IMG/VR virus record: IMGVR_UViG_3300042691_015370 | Coordinates: 1 to 64,000 of that record | Source of the DNA: a virus | DNA length: 64,000 nt | Strand: one strand, 5' to 3' | Shown here: positions 31,290 to 40,590 of the stretch, piece by piece | Position numbering within the stretch: the first letter of the stretch is position 1 | Layout: each line of letters starts with the position of its first letter | Notes under the pieces: generated by a model | The model's database searches: none | What the model was told of the DNA's origin: nothing | Seen by the model: the letters and a program-made list of their open reading frames with translations, nothing else | Made by a program: the position numbers and the translations under genes

Positions 31290-32495
31290 GTGACTACTCA
31301 AACCCTGCCGCAGAAGTTCCGTGCTGTTGAACAGGATGTCAATCAGGTTGTATTGGATCGTGTAGACGAGGTTCACTCAGCGATGCTGTCGCTGGTCGCT
31401 CGTCAGCATATGTTCCTGCTAGGTACTCCCGGCATTGCCAAGTCAATGCTTTTTGATCAGGTCGTGGCACGTATTGTTGGGGCCAATGCCTTCAAGTGGC
31501 AGCTAACCAAGTTCTCGGTTCCCGAGGAAGTCTTCGGTGGTCCTGACCTACTGACCCTGAAGGACAGTGGCGTCTACCGCAGAATCACCGAGGGCAAGCT
31601 ACCGACCGCACACATCGGCTGGATTGATGAGGTGTTCAAGGCTAACTCATCCATCCTCAATGCTTTCCTACTGCTCATCAATGAGCGTCAGTTCATCAAC
31701 CCCGGTGATGACCCCAACGTTCCACTGATGAGTCTCTTCACCGCTTCGAACGAGATGCCACAGAGCACCGAGCTAGAGGCACTGGTAGACCGACTGCTGA
31801 TCCGTCACATCGTGCATGAGCTAACCGACCCCGACTTGCTCGTACAGATGCTTGCCATGGAGCCACGGGAGCCTGAGGCATTCCTGACACTGGACGATCT
31901 GGAGCAGGCTCAGCAGGAGGCCCAGCAGGTTGTCATCGGTGACAATGTGTATGAGGCAATGCTAGAGCTTGCTACCAAGCTGCGTAAGGAAGGCATTACG
32001 GTCACCGACCGACGCCTCAAGCAGAGCATGTCTATCATCAAGGCTGAGGCATACCTTGCTGGTCGAGACGTTGCAGAGGTTGTGGATACCAAGCCTCTGG
32101 TCTATGTCATGTGGCGTGACCCCTCACACTTTGAGACGGTACGCAAGATGGTACTTGATCTTGCTGACCCCATTGAGCGTGAGGTCCTGAAGCTACGGTC
32201 TGAGCTTGAGAAGGCTTACGCCGAGTTCAAGGCCGTCATGGATGATGAGGACAACAAGCACACTCGTGCCAAGCAGGCTATGCTCACCTATGGGTACTTC
32301 AAGAAGGCTCGTGCCGAGTACTCAGCGCTTGCCGAGCAGCAGCGTGAGAGTGGCCGTCACTCCAAGGCTCTTGAGGATCTGCGGCGGCGACTCAAGGAGT
32401 TGGCACCCATCATCCTCTCAGATGGTGTTGGTGTTGACGACGACGACGCTGACGAGCTAGACAAGGCTATCGAAAACCGATCCGAAGGGTTCTGA
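31290..32495 (+). CDS. MoxR-family AAA+ ATPase, RavA-like
   Basis: GTPGIAKS, PEEVFG, DEVFKANSSILN..L..INER.F, ASNE.P, ALVDR. Confidence 0.92.
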   Translation: MTTQTLPQKFRAVEQDVNQVVLDRVDEVHSAMLSLVARQHMFLLGTPGIAKSMLFDQVVARIVGANAFKWQLTKFSVPEEVFGGPDLLTLKDSGVYRRITEGKLPTAHIGWIDEVFKANSSILNAFLLLINERQFINPGDDPNVPLMSLFTASNEMPQSTELEALVDRLLIRHIVHELTDPDLLVQMLAMEPREPEAFLTLDDLEQAQQEAQQVVIGDNVYEAMLELATKLRKEGITVTDRRLKQSMSIIKAEAYLAGRDVAEVVDTKPLVYVMWRDPSHFETVRKMVLDLADPIEREVLKLRSELEKAYAEFKAVMDDEDNKHTRAKQAMLTYGYFKKARAEYSALAEQQRESGRHSKALEDLRRRLKELAPIILSDGVGVDDDDADELDKAIENRSEGF

Positions 32496-34105
32496 TGGGA
32501 TTCCTTGAAAGCTTTTTGAACAACCGACAGGTACGCAAAGATCCAAGCACGAAGTACTGTGTAGACAGTAACAAGTGGGATCGTCAGACCAAAGAAGAGA
32601 TCGAAGAGCAAGTAAAGGACTATGTGCTCGCCACCAACCGTCTTACGGACAAGGTGGATACTGGCTACGAAGCCATGAGTGATACCCTGCTCACACTCTT
32701 TAAGGCAGCGCCAAAGCTACGTGACCCGAAGGAGATCAGACCATCATATCTGGTCAACCACCGAGTCATGCAGGAGATGTTCGAAGTCAAGGAGCTACAG
32801 GATGCCCGCCGCAATTCGGTGGGTGATCCTGTAGCTACTGGCCTAGCAGCAGCAACGCTAGAGCCTGAGCTAGAGATCATCTTCGACAAGCTAGAGAAGG
32901 CTCGTGAGGATGCTCAGCGTATCGAACAGATGCTAGAGCAGCTAGAAGCTCAGGCCGAAGACCTAGAGTCAGTCATGCAGTTGGCTAATGCTGATACTGA
33001 AGAGACTGAAGGGTCCACTGATTGGCAGGAGCAGGCGGCACAAATCGAAGAGGCTATGGAGGCGCTGAAGCAGCAAATTGAGGCAGCGCAGAGTGGTTTA
33101 GAGCAAGAGCTAGATGGTCAGAGTCACATGATCAAGGAGTCCTTGGAAGAGGCTCTGGGTGACATGAACAAGAGCAACAGTGCTCTACAGGATTTTGATT
33201 CATGGGGACTGACCCCCGGCTCGTTGAAGAAGATGAATGCCAAGTCACGTATGGAGTTGGCAAGCAAGCTTCGCACACCACAGTTCAAGCGTATGGCTGA
33301 AGTGATCGGCAGAATGCAGCGCATTGCGTTCACTGCACAGACACAGAAGGCTGACTACGCAATGGAAGAGGTGTACGAACTTGAGTCAGGCAACGATCTG
33401 GCACGTCTTGTTCCCACCGAGCTACTTGCACTCAACAATGATCTGCTGGTCTACGACTTCTTGCATCGCTTTGTTGAGCGGTCACTTACACAGTATGCGC
33501 TAGAGGGTGAAGAGACTGTCAATCGTGGCGGCATCATTGCTCTACTCGATAGCTCATCGTCTATGACTGGTGATCGTCTGTGCTGGTCCAAGGCTATTGC
33601 TCTGGCACTGCTGAAGATCGCCAAGATGCAGGGCCGTCCGTTCCATGCCATCGAATTCTCCAGCCCCGGACTGTTCGTATCATATGACTTTGATACAACC
33701 CAAGATGAGTTGATGCTCCGTGTTACCCATAAGAACACGGAGCGTTTTCATTACGGTGCAGATGCCATCATCGCATTTGCTGAAGGTGGACTGACCGGAG
33801 GCACATGCTTTATGACGCCGTTCGGTGAGGCACTCGACCTTATGGACGCAGAGTTCAGTGCGACCGGCGCTACAAAGGCTGATATCATCTTCCTGACCGA
33901 TGGGCAGGCCGGTGTGAGTCAGCAGTTTTTGGAGCGTTTTAAGCAAGAGCAGGAGCGCATGGGATTCAAGGTGTTCGGCATTGCGATCGGTGCAGATCCA
34001 GAGTCTGAGCCTATGAATACCTTGTGTGACAGCAACGTGATCACACTGAAGCGTCTCACGAACGAGCGAGACATGCGGCCGCTCTTTAGCTCCGTAGGGG
34101 GATAG
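32495..34105 (+). CDS. vWA-domain protein, ViaA-like
   Basis: G.DL.RL.P.EL, MIDAS DSSSSM, GGT, LTDG; central coiled coil; translationally coupled to the AAA gene. Confidence 0.9.
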   Translation: MGFLESFLNNRQVRKDPSTKYCVDSNKWDRQTKEEIEEQVKDYVLATNRLTDKVDTGYEAMSDTLLTLFKAAPKLRDPKEIRPSYLVNHRVMQEMFEVKELQDARRNSVGDPVATGLAAATLEPELEIIFDKLEKAREDAQRIEQMLEQLEAQAEDLESVMQLANADTEETEGSTDWQEQAAQIEEAMEALKQQIEAAQSGLEQELDGQSHMIKESLEEALGDMNKSNSALQDFDSWGLTPGSLKKMNAKSRMELASKLRTPQFKRMAEVIGRMQRIAFTAQTQKADYAMEEVYELESGNDLARLVPTELLALNNDLLVYDFLHRFVERSLTQYALEGEETVNRGGIIALLDSSSSMTGDRLCWSKAIALALLKIAKMQGRPFHAIEFSSPGLFVSYDFDTTQDELMLRVTHKNTERFHYGADAIIAFAEGGLTGGTCFMTPFGEALDLMDAEFSATGATKADIIFLTDGQAGVSQQFLERFKQEQERMGFKVFGIAIGADPESEPMNTLCDSNVITLKRLTNERDMRPLFSSVGG

Positions 34106-35308
34106 ATGAGTGCAGTTGATGATGATCCTTTTGATTCCATAGTTGATGGTCTAGACCTGAATGTTGATGATGAAGTTATCAACGTGCAGACACTCTCAAC
34201 CAAGGACCTCATAGATATGAGGGATGACATCACAGAAGAGATCACCAAAGCTAAGAGTCTGTATAAGAACCATACAGAATGGCAACGTGAACAACACAGC
34301 CTTCGGGCTGCGATCATCGTAGAGTTATCAAGAAGGGGTTTCTCTTGAGCAAGCAAGCAACTAGCAGCCAGCGTAATGCGGCCAAGCACCTGTCGAATGA
34401 CCACCTGTACTGCCGTACCATTGGTCACAGATGGAACCGACTCAGCCAGATTCAGTTCACACTACCCAAGACTAGATGGGGCAAGCCAATTGCCCTTGAG
34501 TGTGAGGGCTGTGGCATGTATAGAATTGATCTGATCGATGCTCGTGGTCAGGTATCTTACCGGATGTACCGTCAGCCTCACGGCTATCGTATTCCTGCTC
34601 AGGATACACCACGACGTGACCTGTTGCGCCTAGAGCTACTCGACAGAAGCTGAGGGTAGTACGGGTGAAGAAACAGAGCCTCAAAGGTATCCAGAAACAG
34701 TGCATCAACTGTGACAGGGTACTGTCTGGACGATGTTACATTTACAATCAGCATAGTCCAGACAAGCTGCGAGACTGCTGTCGCACCTGTGACTCCTACA
34801 GACCCAAGGGTTACCCCCCACTTTCTGCCGTACTCGCTTTTGAGTCTGAGATGCATGACATCATCGAAGAGGCTAAGCAGATCATTGAAGACCCCGAGAG
34901 GCAACGTATAGCTTTTGAGTCGTTCGTCTATGAAGAGATGCAGCGACGTGAATTACTCAACACTTGGAAGCCGCCAGTGTGGCTACATAAGACATCTATA
35001 AGGAAGATGAAATGATCATCAAGTACCGTGACCTGCATGGCAAATGGAATTGGCTCTCCAATGTGGGGGAGGCCACGGCGCTTGGGTATATGGATGAGCC
35101 ACCGGAAGGTGCTGTCCCTCTCGGAGTTGCAAGTGGTAAGCCGTATGTCATGAGTCTATGTGTCAAGAATGAAAGCCGCACAGTAGCTATCTATGCACAA
35201 GAGGCTTACCTGACAGATGACCAGACCGGCAACACTATCGAGATTCTGATCCCAAGGAACGGTAATGGGAAGACAAAGGCGCACACTACATCAGCATCGA
35301 AAAGCTAA
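34106..35308 (+). other. Hypothetical genes 34106-34348, 34345-34653, 34665-35015, 35012-35308
   Basis: Tiled ORFs; CR..GH.W...C..C motif in 34345-34653. Confidence 0.65.
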
Positions 35309-35455
35309 CCGCAAGGTTGACAAGTTGATTGACGGTATACTCAGCGAACTACAGTCACAAAGAGAACAGCAGCACGATACCGACCAGTTGGAGGATGAAA
35401 GCTACGGCAATAATAGCCATGCTACCCCACTGGACGGTTCGTGACTCTACGATCC

Positions 35456-35752
35456 TCATGACGGTACTGCCCCACTCCCGCCACCGTTGATAACCAAAGC
35501 GATCAAGGCAGTTACTACCGCTGCAAGCACAAGAGCAACCAAGCCATACAACAGCCGCTCAAGAGGCTTGATGCGAGTATCTAACTGCTCCTTATGTACC
35601 TCAAACAGAACTTTCAACACATACTCATCCAGTTTATTGTTGAGTTCTTCAAGGTCCTTTTCAAAGGCTTTAAGGTCACGCTCAATGCGGCTTAAAACTT
35701 CTTTGATCAGAGCGATTCTAGTTTCATCTGACTGCGTTTCATCTGCCATCAC
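35456..35752 (-). CDS. Coiled-coil plus C-terminal TM membrane protein
   Basis: Heptad-rich N-terminal region followed by a ~22-aa hydrophobic helix. Confidence 0.7.
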   Translation of the reverse strand: MMADETQSDETRIALIKEVLSRIERDLKAFEKDLEELNNKLDEYVLKVLFEVHKEQLDTRIKPLERLLYGLVALVLAAVVTALIALVINGGGSGAVPS

Positions 35753-36372
35753 GGAGCCTCACTGTGTAGTACGACAAAACTAGTGGTCTGCCATGTACGA
35801 CCTTCGCCCTCAGTTCCATCGTCACGGATAGGCACCTCGTGACCCGTAAGGTGCCAAGTTGACTGATTGATACCTGCTGCGGTCAGTTTCTTTATCTCAG
35901 CTTTGACCTGTGGCGGCACTTCATTCTTGAACTCATAGTTAATACAGCCGGGACCACGAGTACTGCTCACGTTTTCAATAATCTTGATGAACTTACCGGG
36001 TGGTTCATCTGACACCCATGAGAGATCACCCCTAATTGTCACCTGACCCTCTTCTGGCTTGACGCATTTGATACCAGTAGAGTTGGCGGTTTGATCCAAG
36101 TAAATAACAGGCAAGCCTATTTGAGAGTTGCGTCCACTATTTTGCACTGGCTCTATGATGACCTCTTCTGTGGTTACTATCTGAATAGGGTAATCTCCAA
36201 GCGGATTCCATTCACGAGCCTCACGCCATAAGACTCCACCAGATATGACTACTAGGATAATAGCTGCACATATCACTAGCGAACCAAATGCCTCAAAAAA
36301 TCTGAGCTTTTTGGTACTGGTTTTATTCAGTTCTTTCTGCACTTCTTCGTCCAAGTCCATAATTAAGCCCAC
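35749..36372 (-). CDS. Single-pass membrane protein
   Basis: N-terminal TM; GTGA overlap with the downstream gene. Confidence 0.7.
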   Translation of the reverse strand: MGLIMDLDEEVQKELNKTSTKKLRFFEAFGSLVICAAIILVVISGGVLWREAREWNPLGDYPIQIVTTEEVIIEPVQNSGRNSQIGLPVIYLDQTANSTGIKCVKPEEGQVTIRGDLSWVSDEPPGKFIKIIENVSSTRGPGCINYEFKNEVPPQVKAEIKKLTAAGINQSTWHLTGHEVPIRDDGTEGEGRTWQTTSFVVLHSEAP

Positions 36373-36418
36373 CTAGTTAGCTACAGTTATTAACGACCTA
36401 AGTTCACTGGAATCTAGC

Positions 36419-36922
36419 ATGTCCGCTAAGCCAACAATTCATGTTTACTTCAAAGAGAATGGACTGCTGCGTGCTGGCAAGTTCCTTTCCCTACGGAACA
36501 GGCGTTTGTATGTACAAAAGTTCAAGGCTTGGGACTGGGTGAATCAAAGTGTGATTCTTGACACACACCAGTTTGTTGGTGATGTAGTTGAGTTTGTACG
36601 AGAAGAGCATGAGACGTACACCAAGTGTGGGGTGAGTGACTGTACTCTATGCAAACCCATGTGGGTGAAAGAAGTGTACTGTCAAGATCATCAGCAAATG
36701 AATCTGGACATGGACTTGCTGATCCAATCCGCCATCTCATACAAATCAACGCTCCAGCAGTCTGCTTACAACATGCGTGTAAATATGCAACTAAACGCAA
36801 TAAGCCTCAACACCACATACATTCAGGCTGGCAGCAAAACCCTCAGCGTCAACCATATGTCGTATGAGGAAATCAAAAAGGCGCTCGGCGTGGACGACCA
36901 AGGAAATCCCGTCAGCCCTTGA
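36419..36922 (+). CDS. Hypothetical Cys-containing protein
   Basis: 167-aa ORF, C-x4-C and C-x2-H motifs. Confidence 0.65.
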   Translation: MSAKPTIHVYFKENGLLRAGKFLSLRNRRLYVQKFKAWDWVNQSVILDTHQFVGDVVEFVREEHETYTKCGVSDCTLCKPMWVKEVYCQDHQQMNLDMDLLIQSAISYKSTLQQSAYNMRVNMQLNAISLNTTYIQAGSKTLSVNHMSYEEIKKALGVDDQGNPVSP

Positions 36923-36948
36923 CAAACCAAAACCAATTTCACTAAATT
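36919..36948 (+). promoter_or_regulatory. SigA-like promoter, probably giving a leaderless or near-leaderless mRNA
   Basis: TTGACA-N18-TAAATT; ATG at 36955 begins 7 nt after the last base of the -10. Confidence 0.65.
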
Positions 36949-36954
36949 AGGAGA

Positions 36955-37374
36955 ATGATGAATACCACCGAAGTAAGCACCAAGCGTACCCGTAAGAACC
37001 CCGTGACCCTGAGCGGCATCAGCGCAATGGCTGAGTGGAAGATCGTGAAGGATTACTTGGACAGCCTCAACGGCACCCGCAAGCAGGGGTCGCTGAAGGA
37101 GTTCCGTAAGCCTCAGGAGCAGCTAGCTCGTGTTGAAGCGGAGCTTGAGACTGTGACCGACCCTGTGCGTCGTCTCGACCTAGTGCAGCGCCGCATGGAC
37201 ATCAAGCACTGGATCGATGGTGGAGCCTCTGAGGATCACCTACAGGAGCTTGAGGATCGGTTCGTGGACATCGCTAGCTCGTACAGCTACCGTAAGCGCA
37301 TCTCCTACGCTGCATGGCGTGAGATCGGTGTGCCCGCTCGTGTCCTCAAGGCAGCAGGTATCGGCATCAAGTGA
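36955..37374 (+). CDS. Conserved hypothetical protein resembling an Acidimicrobiia family
   Basis: V..YL..L, L.L.Q.R.D, LE..FV..A.SYS.RK.ISYAAWRE.GVPA.VLK.AGI. Confidence 0.7.
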   Translation: MMNTTEVSTKRTRKNPVTLSGISAMAEWKIVKDYLDSLNGTRKQGSLKEFRKPQEQLARVEAELETVTDPVRRLDLVQRRMDIKHWIDGGASEDHLQELEDRFVDIASSYSYRKRISYAAWREIGVPARVLKAAGIGIK

Positions 37375-37751
37375 AGATCACATCCCTAACCAAGCATGGC
37401 GTACTGTACGCATACAACAAGGGATGTAGGTGTGAAGAGTGTGAAGGGCTAGGTAGTGTCTATGACCTAGCTGCCAACTACAATCGGCACAGAGAGGCTG
37501 TCATTCCTGTTGGATGGGAGAAATCAGCTAGGTGCCGTGGCATGGACCCTGAAATCTTCATTGATCCATCCAATGAAGCACAGGCAAGACGAGTGTGTGC
37601 TGAGTGTGAGGTGAAAGAGACGTGTCTTTCGTTCTCCATCCAGACCAAGAACCTTGCTGGCGTCTACGGCGGCGTGAATGAAGTCAACCGTCTGCGTGCA
37701 TACAGAGTATGGCAGAGACGTAATAGCAAAGCTGTGAGAGAGACTGTGTGA
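37371..37751 (+). CDS. whiB: WhiB-family protein with an extra N-terminal HG..Y..GCRC..C motif
   Basis: W...A.C...DPE.F...A..VC..C.V...CL, GVYGG. Confidence 0.88.
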   Translation: MKITSLTKHGVLYAYNKGCRCEECEGLGSVYDLAANYNRHREAVIPVGWEKSARCRGMDPEIFIDPSNEAQARRVCAECEVKETCLSFSIQTKNLAGVYGGVNEVNRLRAYRVWQRRNSKAVRETV

Positions 37752-38028
37752 TGTTTCGCAAAAATCTACGAGCCAAAAACAAGATACTGGAAGAAACGGT
37801 TGCAGCTTATCGCAATGCGACTAAAGAATACCGTGAGAGTATCGCAACATACGCTGAGGCTTGTGAGATTTTTAAGGAAACAAACGAGATCCTCATCCAT
37901 CGTCTTGATGGACTACATCACACACTGTCAGGCATTTTACCAACCAACACGCATGGACGGTCTATAGAAGAGATTGCTGACATGGTTGCGATGTATGTGC
38001 TCACCCTAGAAGAAAGATTAAAGAATCC

Positions 38029-38301
38029 ATGATCACAAAGGTTTTTGTCGGAATTCTCCTAGCTCTTTTTATAGCTATTGGAGTAATGGTAGTAGCCGCT
38101 GACGCTTGGGACTGTGACAAGTACCCGGAGCGGTGTGGTTCAACCACCACAGCGTCCACTACCACAGTACCTGAGACGACGACCTCTACGGTACCAGAGA
38201 CAACCACAACTACCACTAGCTCAACCACTACCACGGTACCTGAGCTAGCCCCGCCCACCAGCATCGTGGCCCCACCCAAGGAACCACGACTGGCAGGCTA
38301 A
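38029..38301 (+). CDS. Secreted Thr-rich protein
   Basis: Signal peptide; three TVPE repeats. Confidence 0.7.
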   Translation: MITKVFVGILLALFIAIGVMVVAADAWDCDKYPERCGSTTTASTTTVPETTTSTVPETTTTTTSSTTTTVPELAPPTSIVAPPKEPRLAG

Positions 38302-38305
38302 GAGC

Positions 38306-38571
38306 GTTGGGTTGTGAAGGGATACACCATATACACACAATTGTGACGACTGCGTGCCTGTGGCCCCTCATAACCCAACCCAATTCGGATTGAGGCACCC
38401 ACTCTGACCCGTCCCCATAGCAGGGTGGGTGCCTCTCCGTCAGCGTAACGGACACACAAAGGGAGCCACCAAGTCAAATCCACTTTCTCATGATGGGTGG
38501 AGTTGTCTCCTGTGGTGAGCGTGTCTGTCCCCGGTGTCGAAGGTTTCGGTCGTTCTCCTTTGGCACCGGGG
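38306..38571 (+). ncRNA. Array of long tandem hairpins (candidate ncRNA or regulatory leader)
   Basis: Stems 38306-17/38368-79, 38392-406/38421-35 and ~38529-43/38557-71, plus smaller ones; no + strand ORF. Confidence 0.5.
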
Positions 38572-38591
38572 CGATCCCTCTTCATTTTATG

Positions 38592-38630
38592 TTGCGGTTT
38601 GACGACAGAACTGTTACAGTGTTTGTAACA
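38592..38630 (+). promoter_or_regulatory. Promoter overlapped by a palindromic operator
   Basis: TTGCGG-N17-TACAGT with extended TG; TGTTACA-N5-TGTAACA at 38612-38630. Confidence 0.5.
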
Positions 38631-38711
38631 AAAATCTCGGGACGCAACTCCGAGTAGGTCTGAGGTTGAGATACCCCAGACCTTTTCTTATTCCACGAAC
38701 AAAGGATATAA

Positions 38712-39287
38712 ATGTCTATACGCCGAAAACTTACCACAATTGTTGTATCATTATTCGGATTAACTGGGCTTTTAGTAGCCTGCACTCCCGCTGAGCAGTA
38801 CACGTTTTTTGTCACACTTGGTGACGATGTAGTGTCAGCGGAACCAACCACACTAGAAGAAGCTGGACGCCAACTTGCAGAAGCTCGTGCCTCTTGGACC
38901 CCCGAGACTGCCACTCCTGCACAGAACGCTGTCCTTACCGAACTTGCTCGACAGGCTCAAGAACGAGCCTTCTACGAGGGACTGATCCGTGCAGAGCGGG
39001 AACGACAGGCGCTTGATTGCTACGGAGCAATGCGTCAGATATGGCCCGCACACCTTCACTCATGGGCATCAGGAATCATTCGCCGTGAGTCTGGTGGACA
39101 AGCTACAGCACAGAACCCTAGCTCTTCAGCAGCCGGTTGCTGGCAGTTGTTGAAGATGCATGACCATCGCTACTACGCTGTTGGTTGCACCCCTGCACAG
39201 AAGTATCAGGCATGGTGCAACAACCTAGCTGCATACCATCTCTACAAGGCTGCGGGCACATCACCGTGGCGACTCACTAACTACTAA
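38712..39287 (+). CDS. Lipoprotein with C-terminal lytic transglycosylase (SLT/Rpf-like) domain
   Basis: LVAC lipobox; II.RESGG...A.NP.S.A.G.WQ, N..AA..LY...G.SPW. Confidence 0.85.
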   Translation: MSIRRKLTTIVVSLFGLTGLLVACTPAEQYTFFVTLGDDVVSAEPTTLEEAGRQLAEARASWTPETATPAQNAVLTELARQAQERAFYEGLIRAERERQALDCYGAMRQIWPAHLHSWASGIIRRESGGQATAQNPSSSAAGCWQLLKMHDHRYYAVGCTPAQKYQAWCNNLAAYHLYKAAGTSPWRLTNY

Positions 39288-39296
39288 TATCTAAGT

Positions 39297-39397
39297 CGCT
39301 CCCTTGAGATCCTTCGGGGTCTTGAGGGAGCGCAACTGGGCGGGGTCGCAACCGTCACAGAGAGAGTCCCCGGTCACAGAGAGAGGCCGGGGACTCT
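39297..39397 (+). terminator. Two strong hairpins after the transglycosylase
   Basis: 16-bp stem with C-TTCG-G loop (39297-39332); AGAGTCCCCGGTC/GGCCGGGGACTCT (39363-39397). Confidence 0.65.
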
Positions 39398-39431
39398 TGC
39401 ATTTTAAGGACAGTTTTGCTAAGGTGATCGA

Positions 39432-39728
39432 ATGATTCAGGTAGCTGAGCCGTTCCCGAACCCAAGATACGATGGTCATGGCATAGCCTACATCACTAGC
39501 AACAGAGTTCACGTATTTGGTGTAGTAAACGAACAGGTTTTGTGGGTTCTTCATAGCTTTCTTGTGAATAATGGAATCAACATCTCCTATTTTGAACCTA
39601 CTGGATCGGGTGCCTGCTTGATATGGGAAAGAAGAGTTGACGGCAAAAAGTATCGCATGCTCAATGGCGTAAATTACTGGGACTCGGGCATGACGCTTGA
39701 TGCTTGTGGAATACTGAGACTCAATTAA
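39432..39728 (+). CDS. Hypothetical protein, AEPFxNPR paralog 1
   Basis: N-terminus MIQVAEPFPNPR; AAGG RBS. Confidence 0.65.
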   Translation: MIQVAEPFPNPRYDGHGIAYITSNRVHVFGVVNEQVLWVLHSFLVNNGINISYFEPTGSGACLIWERRVDGKKYRMLNGVNYWDSGMTLDACGILRLN

Positions 39729-39743
39729 TGATCGGGGTAAGTT

Positions 39744-40429
39744 ATGGATGTGGGTGACGTGTGTTCATACTGTGAGCTTGAATGCGTAGACTCAGTTACG
39801 AGCGCTTACGGTATGGTTGTTGGTATTGATCCATGTTTGGGGAGACTCCCCGGCGTGAAGAATGCTTGTTGTGGGCACGGGTTTCCTCAGTATGGTTACA
39901 TTATGTTCGACAACAGCATGGTTATTCGTAACTTTCTGATGGTAGAAGCTTCGCTAGAAGATAGTTCTATCTGGAATTGGATGGACTTTCCACAACCATC
40001 ACTCAACATCAGGCACCGAGAAGAAAGATGGCGTTGGATGGGTGAGCCTTACATGAATCATTTTTTCAACAACTTGGTTGGACTGTTTGGTCATCCATAT
40101 GATCCAGAGCTATGGAATCCTGAAGTTGTGAAGGGTTTTGCGTAATGACAGAGTTTGAAATCATAGACACTGACGAGGTAGAGTTTAAGGACGAAGACCC
40201 TAAGCAGAAGCCAGTCAAAGCCCCGGTCGTGCGGGTAAACTCCCATAACATCAAACCACCTGCGAAGCGCAGTGTCTCCTACAACGAGGAATACACCAAG
40301 CCTCCGGGCCAGCCACGGATCTATGAGGTAGTCATCGAAACAGTTGACTACAACAAGGGTGGTACGAAGATCAACTACTCGCATACAATAAAGTACAAAG
40401 GTCACGAGGAATTCTTTGCAGATGAGTGA
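39744..40429 (+). other. Hypothetical genes 39744-40145 (DPCLG.LPGV.NACCGHG) and 40145-40429
   Basis: Tiled ORFs. Confidence 0.65.
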
Positions 40430-40590
40430 AACTAAGCCTTTTGAATACTACGCACGCTTCCTAGAAGGCATAGCCTTTCAGTTTCAGTACGTCCCTCAGG
40501 ATGACTGGACATATGATAGCGATGACATTAACGATCTCAAAAGTGCAGCATCTCTACTGAGAGAGTTTGCCGAGAAAGCATGGATGTACG

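Noticed and set aside
35318-35342. TTGACA…TATACT promoter
   Set aside because: The spacer is only 13 nt and the site lies within a short coding ORF.
21601-38481. Shared 12-mer CAAGTCAAATCC in two intergenic regions (21601 and 38470)
   Set aside because: Many 12-mer pairs are expected by chance in 64 kb, and the contexts differ.
38302-38711. c-di-AMP (ydaO) riboswitch ahead of the Rpf-like gene
   Set aside because: Only CCGTCAGC resembles the consensus; the GCTGAATCC and GGGGTGAA elements are absent.
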